Counted from the stretch's first letter, positions 1 through 12,390 are shown. The stretch: 64,000 bases of DNA from Tubulanus polymorphus (GCF_964204645.1 NC_134036.1:6739304-6803303); one strand, 5' to 3'. Notes: generated by a model not told the origin, from the letters alone. Program-made: numbers and translations.

Positions 1-348
1 CAGTCGTCCGCCCGTTAGTCAGTGTGTCGGCGGTTGTTGTTCGAAAAACGACTAAGTGCTGACCGGGCCATGAACAGCGTTACGACCCGGCACCGGTCAG
101 GAAGGGAGGGAGGGTGGCAGTAGGTCGGTCGTCCGTCCGTTCGTCAGTGTGCCGGCGGTGGTTGTTCGAAAAACGACTAAGTGCTGACCGGGCCTTAATC
201 AGCGTTACGACCCGGCACCGGTCAGGAAGGGAGGGAGGGTGGCAGTAGGTCGGTCGTCCGTTCGTTGGTCAGTGTGCCGGCGCTGGTAGTTCGAAAAACG
301 ACTAAGTGCTGACCGGGCCTTGATCAGCGTTACGACCCGGTGCAGTGA

Positions 349-363
349 GGGAGGGAGGGAGGG
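349..363 (+). other. (GGGA)n polypurine tract; example of the 4-tract form GGGAGGGAGGGAGGG (canonical G-quadruplex motif). A GGGA tract with 3-4 G-runs (sometimes interrupted) is present in every monomer
   Basis: Read directly. The 124-bp monomers carry one extra GGGA unit, giving G3-N1-G3-N1-G3-N1-G3. Confidence 0.75.
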
Positions 364-3300
364 AGGCAGTAGGTCGGTCGTCCATCCGTTCGTCAGTGTG
401 CCGGCGGTGGTAGTTCAAAAAGCGACTAAGTGCTGACCGGGCCTTGATCAGCGTTACGACCCGGAGCAGTGTGGGAGGGAGGGGGACAGTAGGTCGGTCG
501 TCCATCCGTTCGTCAGTGTGCCGGCGGTGGTTGTTCGAAAAACGACTAAGTGCTGACCGGGCCTTGATCAGCGTTACGACCCGGTGCAGTGAGGGAGGGA
601 GGGAGGCACTAGGACAGTCGTCCGCCCGTTAGTCAGTGTGCCGGCGGTTGTTGTTCGAAAAACGACTAAGTGCTGACCGGGCCATGAACAGCGTTACGAC
701 CCGGCACCGGTCAGGAAGGGAGGGAGGGTGGCAGTAGGTCGGTCGTCCGTCCGTTCGTCAGTGTGCCGGCGGTGGTTGTTCGAAAAACGACTAAGTGCTG
801 ACCGGGCCTTAATCAGCGTTACGACCCGGCACCGGTCAGGAAGGGAGGGAGGGTGGCAGTAGGTCGGTCGTCCGTTCGTTGGTCAGTGTGCCGGCGCTGG
901 TAGTTCGAAAAACGACTAAGTGCTGACCGGGCCTTGATCAGCGTTACGACCCGGAGCAGTGAGGGAGGGAGGGAGGCAGTAGGTCGGTCGTCCGTCCGTT
1001 CGCCAGTGTGCCGCTGGTGGTTGTTCGAAAAACGACTAAGTGCTGATCGGGCCTTGATCAGCGTTACGACCCGGTGCAGTGAGGGAGGGAGGGAGGCACT
1101 AGGACAGTCGTCCGCCCGTTAGTCAGTGTGTCGGCGGTTGTTGTGCGAAAAACGACTAAGTGCTGACCGGGCCATGAACAGCGTTACGACCCGGCACCGG
1201 TCAGGAAGGGAGGGAGGGTGGCAGTAGGTCGGTCGTCCGTTCGTTGGTCAGTGTGCCGGCGGTGGTAGTTCGAAAAACGACTAAGTGCTGACCGGGCCTT
1301 GATCAGCGTTACGACCCGGAGCAGTGTGGGAGGGAGGGGGACAGTAGGTCGGTCGTCCGTCCGTTCGTCAGTGTGCCGGCAGAGTTGGTTGTTCGAAAAA
1401 CGACTAAGTGCTGACCGGGCCTTGATCAGCGTTACGACCCGGTGCTGTGAGGGAGGGAGGGAGGCAGTAGGTCGGTCGTCCATCCGTTCGTAAGTGTGCC
1501 GGCGGTGGTTGTTCGAAAAACGACTAAGTGCTGACCGGGCCTTGATCAGCGTTACGACCCGGCGCAGTGAGGAAGGGAGGGAGGGAGGCAGTAGGTCGGT
1601 CGTCCATCCGTTCGTCAGTGTGCCGGCGGTGGTTGTTCGAAAAACGACTAAGTGCTGACCGGGCCTTGATCAGCGTTACGACCCGGTGCAGTGAGGGAGG
1701 GAGGGAGGCACTAGGACAGTCGTCCGCCCGTTAGTCAGTGTGTCGGCGGTTGTTGTTCGAAAAACGACTAAGTGCTGACCGGGCCATGAACAGCGTTACG
1801 ACCCGGCACCGGTCAGGAAGGGAGGGAGGGTGGCAGTAGGTCGGTCGTCCGTCCGTTCGTCAGTGTGCCGGCGGTGGTTGTTCGAAAAACGACTAAGTGC
1901 TGACCGGGCCTTAATCAGCGTTACGACCCGGCACCGGTCAGGAAGGGAGGGAGGGTGGCAGTAGGTCGGTCGTCCGTTCGTTGGTCAGTGTGCCGGCGGT
2001 GGTAGTTCGAAAAACGACTAAGTGCTGACCGGGCCTTGATCAGCGTTACGACCCGGAGCAGTGTGGGAGGGAGGGGGACAGTAGGTCGGTTGTCCGTCCG
2101 TTCGTCAGTGTGCCGGCGGTGGTTGTTCGAAAAACGACTAAGTGCTGACCGGGCCATGATCAGCGTTACGACCCGGTGCAGTGAGGGAGGGATGGAGGCA
2201 CTAGGACAGTCGTCCGCCCGTTAGTCAGTGTGTCGGCGGTTGTTGTTCGAAAAACGACTAAGTGCTGACCGGGCCATGAACAGCGTTACGACCCGGCACC
2301 GGTCAGGAAGGGAGGGAGGGTGGCAGTAGGTCGGTCGTCCGTTCGTTCGTCAGTGTGCCGGCGGTGGTTGTTCGAATAACGACTAAGTGCTGACCGGGCC
2401 TTGATCAGCGTTACGACCCGGCACCGGTCAGGGAGGGAGGGAGGGAGGCAGTAGGTCGGTCGTCCGTCCGTTCGTCATTGTGCCGGCGGTGGTAGTTCGA
2501 AAAACGACTAAGTGCTGACCGGGCCTTGATCAGCGTTACGACCCGGAGCATTGAGGGAGGGAGGGAGGCAGTAGGTCGGTCGTCCGTCCGTTTGTCAGTG
2601 TGCCGGCAGTGATGGTTGTTCGAAAAATGACTAAGGGCTGACCGGGCCTTGATCAGCGTTACGACCCGGCGCTGGTCAAGGGCGGGAGGGAGGGAGGCAG
2701 TAGGTCGGTCGTCCATCCGTTCGTCAGTGTGCCGGCGGTGGTAGTTCGAAAAACGACTAAGTGCTGACCGGGCCTAGATCAGCGTTACGACTCGGTGAAG
2801 TGAGGGAGGGAGAGAGGCAGTAGGTCGGTCGTCCGTCCGGTCGTCAGTGTGCCGGCGGTGGTTGTTCGAAAAACGACTAAGTGCTGACCGGGCCTTGATC
2901 AGCGTTACGACCCGGTGCAGTGAGGGAGGGAGGGAGGCAGTAGGTCGGTCGTCCGTCCGTTCGTCAGTGTGCCGGCAGAGTTGGTTGTTCGAAAAACGAC
3001 TAAGTGCTGACCGGGCCTTGATCAGCGTTACGACCCGGTGCAGTGAGGGAGGGAGGGAGGGAGGCAGTAGGTCGGTCGTCCATCCGTTCGTCAGTGTGCC
3101 GGCGGTGGTAGTTCGAAAAACGACTAAGTGCTGACCGGGCCTTGATCAGCGTTACGACCCGGTGCAGTGAGGGAGGGAGGGAGGCAGTAGGTCGGTCGTC
3201 CGTCCGTTCGTCAGTGTGCCGGCAGAGTTGGTTGTTCGAAAAACGACTAAGTGCTGACCGGGCCTTGATCAGCGTTACGACCCGGTGCAGTGAGGGAGGG

Positions 3301-3674
3301 AGGGAGGGAGGCAGTAGGTCGGTCGTCCATCCGTTCGTCAGTGTGCCGGCGGTGGTAGTTCGAAAAACGACTAAGTGCTGACCGGGCCTTAATCAGCGTT
3401 ACGACCCGGTGCAGTGAGGGAGGGAGGGAGGGAGGCAGTAGGTCGGTCGTCCATCCGTTCGTCAGTGTGCCGGCGGTGGTAGTTCAAAAAACGACTAAGT
3501 GCTGACCGGGCCTTGATCAGCGTTACGACCCGGAGCAGTGAGGGAGGGAGGGAGGCAGTAGGTCGGTCGTCCATCCGTTTGTCAGTGTGCCGGCGGTGGT
3601 TGTTCGAAAAACGACTAAGTGCTGACCGGGCCTTGATCAGCGTTACGACCCGGTGCAGTGAGGGAGGGAGGGAG

Positions 3675-4815
3675 GCACTAGGACAGTCGTCCGCCCGTTA
3701 GTCAGTGTGTCGGCGGTTGTTGTTCGAAAAACGACTAAGTGCTGACCGGGCCATGAACAGCGTTACGACCCGGCACCGGTCAGGAAGGGAGGGAGGGTGG
3801 CAGTAGGTCGGTCGTCCGTCCGTTCGTCAGTGTGCCGGCGGTGGTTGTTCGAAAAACGACTAAGTGCTGACCGGGCCTTAATCAGCGTTACGACCCGGCA
3901 CCGGTCAGGAAGGGAGGGAGGGTGGCAGTAGGTCGGTCGTCCGTTCGTTGGTCAGTGTGCCGGCGCTGGTAGTTCGAAAAACGACTAAGTGCTGACCGGG
4001 CCTTGATCAGCGTTACGACCCGGAGCAGTGTGGGAGGGAGGGGGACAGTAGGTCGGTCGTCCGTCCGTTCGTCAGTGTGCCGGCAGAGTTGGTTGTTCGA
4101 AAAACGACTAAGTGCTGGCCGGGCCTTGATCAGCATTAGGACCCGGTGCTGTGAGGGAGGGAGGGAGGCAGTAGGTCGGTCGTCCATCCGTTCGTCAGTG
4201 TGCCGGCGGTGGTTGTTCGAAAAACGACTAAGTGCTGACCGGGCCTTGATCAGCGTTACGACCCGGTGCAGTGAGGGAGGGAGGGAGGCACTAGGACAGT
4301 CGTCCGCCCGTTAGTCAGTGTGTTGGCGGTTGTTGTTCGAAAAACGACTAAGTGCTGACCGGGCCTTGATCAGCGTTACGACCCGGTGCAGTGAGGGAGG
4401 GAGGGAGGCACTAGGACAGTCGTCCGCCCGTTAGTCAGTGTGTCGGCGGTTGTTGTTCGAAAAACGACTAAGTGCTGACCGGGCCATGAACAGCGTTACG
4501 ACCCGGCACCGGTCAGGAAGGGAGGGAGGGTGGCAGTAGGTCGGTCGTCCGTCCGTTCGTCAGTGTGCCGGCGGTGGTTGTTCGAAAAACGACTAAGTGC
4601 TGACCGGGCCTTAATCAGCGTTACGACCCGGCACCGGTCAGGAAGGGAGGGAGGGTGGTAGTAGGTCGGTCGTCCGTTCGTTGGTCAGTGTGCCGGCGGT
4701 GGTAGTTCGAACAACGACTAAGTGCTGACCGGGCCTTGACCAGCGTTACGACCCGGAGCAGTGTGGGAGGGAGGGGGACAGTAGGTCGGTCGTCCGTCCG
4801 TTCGTCAGTGTGCCG
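3675..4815. repeat. Block copied at ~12250-13390 (offset 8575) and ~27560-28700
   Basis: Shared private variants GCTGGCCGGG/CAGCATTAGG, GGTGGTAGTAGG and TTCGAACAAC/CCTTGACCAG. Identical ORFs 3888/12463/27775 and 4003/12578/27890. Ends approximate. Confidence 0.85.
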
Positions 4816-7800
4816 GCGGTGGTAGTTCAAAAAACGACTAGGTGCTGACCGGGCCTTGATCAGCGTTACGACCCGGAGCAGTGTGGGAGGGATGGGGACA
4901 GTAGGTCGGTCGTCCGTCCGTTCGTCAGTGTGCCGGCAGAGTTGGTTGTTCGAAAAACAACTAAGTGCTGACCGGGCCTTGATCAGCGTTACGACCCGGT
5001 GCAGTGAGGGAGGGAGGGAGGCACTAGGACAGTCGTCCGCCCGTTAGTCAGTGTGTCGGCGGTTGTTGTTCGAAAAACGACTAAGTGCTGACCGGGCCAT
5101 GAACAGCGTTACGACCCGGCACCGGTCAGGAAGGGAGGGAGGGTGGCAGTAGGTCGGTCGTCCGTTCGTTGGTCAGTGTGCCGGCGGTGGTAGTTCGAAA
5201 AACGACTAAGTGCTGACCGGGCCTTGATCAGCGTTACGACCCGGAGCATTGAGGGAGGGAGGGAGGCAGTAGGTCGGTCGTCCGTCCGTTTGTCAGTGTG
5301 CCGGCAGTGATGGTTGTTCGAAAAATGACTAAGGGCTGACCGGGCCTTGATCAGCGTTACGACCCGGCGCTGGTCAGGGCGGGAGGGAGGGAGGCAGTAG
5401 GTCGGTCGTCCATCCGTTCGTCAGTGTGCCGGCGGTGGTAGTTCGAAAAACGACTAAGTGCTGACCGGGCCTAGATCAGCGTTACGACTCGGTGCAGTGA
5501 GGGAGGGAGAGAGGCAGTAGGTCGGTCGTCCGTCCGGTCGTCAGTGTGCCGGCGGTGGTTGTTCGAAAAACGACTAAGTGCTGACCGGGCCTTGATCAGC
5601 GTTACGACCCGGTGCAGTGAGGGAGGGAGGGAGGCAGTAGGTCGGTCGTCCGTCCGTTCGTCAGTGTGCCGGCAGAGTTGGTTGTTCGAAAAACGACTAA
5701 GTGCTGACCGGGCCTTGATCAGCGTTACGACCCGGTGCAGTGAGAGAGGGAGGGAGGGAGGCAGTAGGTCGGTCGTCCATCCGTTCGTCAGTGTGCCGGC
5801 GGTGGTAGTTCGAAAAACGACTAAGTGCTGACCGGGCCTTGATCAGCGTTACGACCCGGTGCAGTGAGGGAGGGAGGGAGGGGGGCAGTAGGTCGGTCGT
5901 CCATCCGTTCGTCAGTGTGCCGGCGGTGGTAGTTCAAAAAACGACTAAGTGCTGACCGGGCCTTGATCAGCGTTACGACCCGGAGCAGTGTGGGAGGGAG
6001 GGGGACAGTAGGTCGGTCGTCCGTCCGTTCGTCAGTGTGCCGGCAGAGTTGGTTGTTCGAAAAACAACTAAGTGCTGACCGGGCCTTGATCAGCGTTACG
6101 ACCCGGAGCAGTGAGGGAGGGAGGGAGGCAGTAGGTCGGTCGTCCGTCCGTCCGTTCGCCAGTGTGCCGCTGGTGGTTGTTCGAAAAACGACTAAGTGCT
6201 GACCGGGCCTTGATCAACGTTACGACCCGGTGCAGTGAGGGAGGGAGGGAGGCACTAGGACAGTCGTCCGCCCGTTAGTCAGTGTGTCGGCGGTTGTTGT
6301 TCGAAAAACGACTTGATCAGCGTTACGACCCGGTGCAGTGAGGGCGGGAGGGAGGCAGTAGGTCGGTCGTCCGTCCGTTCGCCAGTGTGCCGCTGGTGGT
6401 TGTTCGAAAAACGACTAAGTGCTGACCGGGCCTTGATCAGCGTTACGACCCGGAGCAGTGAGGGAGGGTGGGAGGCAGTAGGTCGGTCGTCCGTCCGTTC
6501 GCCAGTGTGCCGCTGGTGGTTGTTCGAAAAACGACTAAGTGCTGACCGGGCCTTGATCAGCGTTACGACCCGGTGCAGTGAGGGAGGGAGGGAGGCACTA
6601 GGACAGTCGTCCGCCCGTTAGTCAGTGTGTCGGCGGTTGTTGTTCGAAAAACGACTAAGTGCTGACCGGTCCATGAACAGCGTTACGACCCGGCACCGGT
6701 CAGGAAGGGAGGAAGGGTGGCAGTAGGTCGGTCATCCGTTCGTTGGTCAGTGTGCCGGCGGTGGTAGTTCGAAAAACGACTAAGTGCTGACCGGGCCTTG
6801 ATCAGCGTTACGACCCGGAGCATTGAGGGAGGGAGGGAGGCAGTAGGTCGGTCGTCCGTCCGTTTGTCAGTGTGCCGGCAGTGATGGTTGTTCGAAAAAT
6901 GACTAAGGGCTGACCGGGCCTTGATCAGCGTTACGACCCGGCGCTGGTCAAGGGCGGGAGGGAGGGAGGCAGTAGGTCGGTCGTCCATCCGTTCGTCAGT
7001 GTGCCGGCGGTGGTTGTTCGAAAAACGACTAAGTGCTGACCGGGCCTTGATCAGCGTTACGACCCGGCGCAGTGAGGGAGGGAGGGAGGGAGGCAGTAGG
7101 TCGGTCGTCCATCCGTTCGTCAGTGTGCCGGCGGTGGTTGTTCGAAAAACGAATAAGTGCTGACCGGGCAATGATCAGCGTTACGACCCGGTGCAGTGAG
7201 GGAGGGAGGGAGGCACTAGGACAGTCGTCCGCCCGTTAGTCAGTGTGTCGGCGGTTGTTGTTCGAAAAACGACTAAGTGCTGACCGGGCCATGAACAGCG
7301 TTACGACCCGGCACCGGTCAGGAAGGGAGGGAGGGTGGCAGTAGGTCGGTCGTCCGTCCGTTCGTCAGTGTGCCGGCGGTGGTTGTTCGAAAAACGACTA
7401 AGTGCTGACCGGGCCTTAATCAGCGTTACGACCCGGCACCGGTCAGGAAGGGAGGGAGGGTGGCAGTAGGTCGGTCGTCCGTTCGTTGGTCAGTGTGCCA
7501 GCGCTGGTAGTTCGAAAAACGACTAAGTGCTGACCGGGCCTTGATCAGCGTTACGACCCGGAGCAGTGTGGGAGGGAGGGGGACAGTAGGTCGGTCGTCC
7601 GTCCGTTCGTCAGTGTGCCGGCAGAGTTGGTTGTTCGAAAAACGACTAAGTGCTGACCGGGCCTTGATCAGCGTTAGGACCCGGTGCTGTGAGGGAGGGA
7701 GGGAGGCAGTAGGTCGGTCGTCCATCCGTTCGTCAGTGTGCCGGCGGTGGTTGTTCGAAAAACGACTAAGTGCTGACCGGGCCTTGATCAGCGTTACGAC

Positions 7801-10800
7801 CCGGCGGAGTGAGGGAGGGAGGGAGGGAGGCAGTTGGTCGGTCGTCCATCCGTTCGTCAGGGTGCCGGCGGTGGTTGTTCGAAAAACGACTAAGTGCTGA
7901 CCGGGCCTTGATCAGCGTTACGACCCGGTGCAGTGAGGGAGGGAGGGAGGCACTAGGACAGTCGTCCGCCCGTTAGTCAGTGTGTCGGCGGTTGTTGTTC
8001 GAAAAACGACTAAGTGCTGACCGGGCCATGAACAGCGTTACGACCCGGCACAGGTCAGGAAGGGAGGGAGGTTGGCAGTAGGTCGGTCGTCCGTCCGTTC
8101 GTCAGTGTGCCGGCGGTGGTTGTTCGAAAAACGACTAAGTGCTGACCGGGCCTTGATCAGCGTTACGACCCGGAGCAGTGAGGGAGGGAGGGAGGCAGTA
8201 AGTCGGTCGTCCGTCCGTTCGCCAGTGTGCCGGCGGTGGTTGTTCAAAAATCGACTAAGTGCTGACCGGGCCTTGATCAGCGTTACGACCCGGAGCATTG
8301 AGGGAGGGAGGGAGGCAGTAGGTCGGTCGTCCGTCCGTTTGTCAGTAAGCCGGCAGTGATGGTTGTTCGAAAAACGACTAAGGGCTGACCGGGCCTTAAT
8401 CAGCGTTACGACCCGGCGCTGGTCAGGGAGGGAGGGAGGGAGGCAGTAGGTCGGTCGTCCATCCGTTCGTCAGTGTGCCGGCGGTGGTAGTTCGAAAAAC
8501 GACTAAGTGCTGACCGGGCCTTGATCAGCGTTACGACCCTGTGCAGTGAGGGAGGGAGGGAGGCAGTAGGTCAGTCGTCCGTCCGTTCGTCAGTGTGCCG
8601 GCAGAGTTGGTTGTTCGAAAAACGACTAAGTGCTGACCGGGCCTTGATCAGCGTTACGACCCGGTGCAGTGAGGGAGGGAGGGAGGGAGGCAGTAGGTCG
8701 GTCGTCCATCCGTTCGTCAGTGTGCCGGCGGTGGTAGTTCGAAAAACGACTAAGTGCTGACCGGGCCTTGATCAGCGTTACGACCCGGTGCAGTGAGGGA
8801 GGGAGGGAGGGAGGCAGTAGGTCGGTCGTCCATCCGTTCGTCAGTGTGCCGGCGGTGGTTGTTCGAAAAACGACTAAGTGCTGACCGGGCCTTGATCAGC
8901 GTTACGACCCGGTGCAGTGAGGGAGGGAGGGAGGCAGTAGGTCGGTCGTCCGTCCGTTCGTCAGTGTGCCGGCGGTGGTAGTTCGAAAAACGACTAAGTG
9001 CTGACCGGGCCATGAACAGCGTTACGACCGGGCACCGGTCAGGAAGGGAGGGAGGTCGGCAGTAGGTCGGTCGTCCGTTCGTTCGTCAGTGTGCCGGCGG
9101 TGGTAGTTCGAATAACGACTAAGTGCTGATCGGGCCTTGATCAGCGTTACGACCCGGCACCGGTCAGGGAGGGAGGGAGGGAGGCAGTAGGTCGGTCGTC
9201 CGTCCGTTCGTCATTGTGCCGGCGGTGGTAGTTCGAAAAACGACTAAGTGCTGACCGGGCCTTGATCAGCGTTACGACCCGGAGCATTGAGGGAGGGAGG
9301 GTGGCAGTAGGTCGGTCGTCCGTCCGTTTGTCAGTGTGCCGGCAGTGATGGTTGTTCGAAAAATGACTAAGGGCTGACCGGGCCTTGATCAGCGTTACGA
9401 CCCGGCGCTGGTCAGGGCGGGAGGGAGGGAGGCAGTAGGTCGGTCGTCCATCCGTTCGTCAGTGTGCCGGCGGTGGTAGTTCGAAAAACGACTAAGTGCT
9501 GACCGGGCCTAGATCAGCGTTACGACTCGGTGCAGTGAGGGAGGGAGAGAGGCAGTAGGTCGGTCGTCCGTCCGGTCGTCAGTGTGCCGGCGGTGGTTGT
9601 TCGAAAAACGACTAAGTGCTGACCGGGCCTTGATCAGCGTTACGACCCGGTGCAGTGAGGGAGGGAGGGAGGGAGGCAGTAGGTCGGTCGTCCGTCCGTT
9701 CGTCAGTGTGCCGGCAGAGTTGGTTGTTCGAAAAACGACTAAGTGCTGACCGGGCCTTGATCAGCGTTACGACCCGGTGCAGTGAGAGAGGGAGGGAGGG
9801 AGGCAGTAGGTCGGTCGTCCATCCGTTCGTCAGTGTGCCGGCGGTGGTAGTTCAAAAAACGACTAAGTGCTGACCGGGCCTTGATCAGCGTTACGACCCG
9901 GTGCAGTGAGGGAGGGAGGGAGGCAGTAGGTCGGTCGTCCATCCGTTCGTCAGTGTGCCGGCGGTGGTAGTTCGAAAAACGACTAAGTGCTGACCGGGCC
10001 TAGATCAGCGTTACGACTCGGTGCAGTGAGGGAGGGAGAGAGGCAGTAGGTCGGTCGTCCGTCCGGTCGTCAGTGTGCCGGCGGTGGTTGTTCGAAAAAC
10101 GACTAAGTGCTGACCGGGCCTTGATCAGCGTTACGATCCGGTGCAGTGAGGGAGGGAGGGAGGCAGTAGGTCGGTCGTCCGTCCGTTCGTCAGTGTGCCG
10201 GCAGAGTTGGTTGTTCGAAAAACGACTAAGTGCTGACCGGGCCTTGATCAGCGTTACGACCCGGTGCAGTGAGAGAGGGAGGGAGGGAGGCAGTAGGTCG
10301 GTCGTCCATCCGTTCGTCAGTGTGCCGGCGGTGGTAGTTCAAAAAACGACTAAGTGCTGACCGGGCCTTGATCAGCGTTACGACCCGGTGCAGTGAGGGA
10401 GGGAGGGAGGCAGTAGGTCGGTCGTCCGTCCGTTCGCCAGTGTGCCGCTGGTGGTTGTTCGAAAAACGACTAAGTGCTGACCGGGCCTTGATCAGCGTTA
10501 CGACCCGGAGCATTGAGGGAGGGAGGGAGGCAGTAGGTCGGTCGTCCGTCCGTTTGTCAGTGTGCCGGCAGTGATGGTTGTTCGAAAAATGACTAAGGGC
10601 TGACCGGGCCTTGATCAGCGTTACGACCCGGCGCTGGTCAAGGGTGGGAGGGAGGGAGGTAGTAGGTCGGTCGTCCGTCCGTTCGTCAGTGTGCCGGCGG
10701 TGGTTGTTCGAAAAACGACTAAGTGCTGACCGGGCCTTAATCAGCGTTACGACCCGGCACCGGTCAGGGAGGGAGGGAGGGAGGCAGTAGGTCGGTCGTC

Positions 10801-12390
10801 CGTCCGTTCGTCAGTGTGCCGGCGGTGGTTTTTCGAAAAACGACTAAGTGCTGACCGGGCCTTGATCAGCGTTACGACCCGGAGCAGTGAGGGAGGGAGG
10901 GAGGCAGTAGGTCGGTCGTCCGTCCGTTTGTCAGTGTGCCGGCAGTGATGGTTGTTCGAAAAACGACTAAGGGCTGACCGGGCCTTAATCAGCGTTACGA
11001 CCCGGCGCTGGTCAGGGAGGGAGGGAGGGAGGCAGTAGGTCGGTCGTCCATCCGTTCGTCAGTGTGCCGGCGGTGGTTGTTCGAAAAACGACTAAGTGCT
11101 AACCGGGCCATGATCAGCGTTACGACCCGGTGCTGTGAGGGAGGGAGGGAGGCACTAGGACAGTCGTCCGCCCGTTAGTCAGTGTGTCGGCGGTTGTTGT
11201 TCGAAAAACGACTAAGTGCTGACCGGGCCATGAACAGCGTTACGACCCGGCACCGGTCAGGAAGGGAGGGAGGGTGGCAGTAGGTCGGTCGTCCGTTCGT
11301 TGGTCAGTGTGCCGGCGGTGGTAGTTCGAAAAACGACTAAGTGCTGACCGGGCCTTGATCAGCGTTACGACCCGGAGCAGTGTGGGAGGGAGGGGGACAG
11401 TAGGTCGGTCGTCCGTCCGTTCGTCAGTGTGCCGGCAGAGTTGGTTGTTCGAAAAACGACTAAGTGCTGACCGGGCCTTGATCAGCGTTACGACCCGGTG
11501 CTGTGAGGGAGGGAGGGAGGCAGTAGGTCGGTCGTCCATCCGTTCGTCAGTGTGCCGGCGGTGGTTGTTCGAAAAACGACTAAGTGCTGACCGGGCCTTG
11601 ATCAGCGTTACGACCCGGCGCAGTGAGGAAGGGAGGGAGGGAGGCAGTAGGTCGGTCGTCCATCCGTTCGTCAGTGTGCCGGCGGTGGTTGTTCGAAAAA
11701 CGACTAAGTGCTGACCGGGCCTTGATCAGCGTTACGACCCGGTGCAGTGAGGGAGGGAGGGAGGCACTAGGACAGTCGTCCGCCCGTTAGTCAGTGTGTC
11801 GGCGGTTGTTGTTCGAAAAACGACTAAGTGCTGACCGGGCCATGAACAGCGTTACGACCCGGCACCGGTCAGGAAGGGAGGGAGGGTGGCAGTAGGTCGG
11901 TCGTCCGTCCGTTCGTCAGTGTGCCGGCGGTGGTTTTTCGAAAAACGACTAAGTGCTGACCGGGCCTTGATCAGCGTTACGACCCGGCACCGGTCAGGGA
12001 GGGAGGGAGGCTGTAGGTCGGTCGTCCATCCGTTCGTCAGTGTGCCGGCGGTGGTAGTTCGAAAAACGACTAAGTGCTGACCGGGCCTTGATCAGCGTTA
12101 CGACCCGGAGCAGTGAGGGAGGGAGGGAGGCAGTAGGTCGGTCGTCCATCCGTTCGTCAGTGTGCCGGCGGTGGTTGTTCGAAAAACGACTAAGTGCTGA
12201 CCGGGCCATGATCAGCGTTACGACCCGGTGCAGTGAGGGAGGGATGGAGGCACTAGGACAGTCGTCCGCCCGTTAGTCAGTGTGTCGGCGGTTGTTGTTC
12301 GAAAAACGACTAAGTGCTGACCGGGCCATGAACAGCGTTACGACCCGGCACCGGTCAGGAAGGGAGGGAGGGTGGCAGTAGGTCGGTCGT
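4800..12390. repeat. ~7.6-kb block, copy 1 of a near-identical duplication with ~9.3-kb period
   Basis: ORF offsets 4856->14173 (9317), 6313->15626 (9313), 10073->19382 and 12088->21397 (9309). Shared markers GACTAGGTG, the 17-bp deletion and GTCAGTAAGCC. Confidence 0.92.

Noticed and set aside
141-147. Hammerhead core CUGANGA (CTGACGA) on the minus strand of most monomers
   Set aside because: No stem II followed by GAAA on that strand. On the + strand GAAA exists but the partner reads CUGACCG.
260-307. CENP-B box-like words (GTTCGTTGG; GTTCGAAAAACG)
   Set aside because: The functional box needs NTTCGNNNNANNCGGGN. The CGGG half is missing at the required spacing on both strands.
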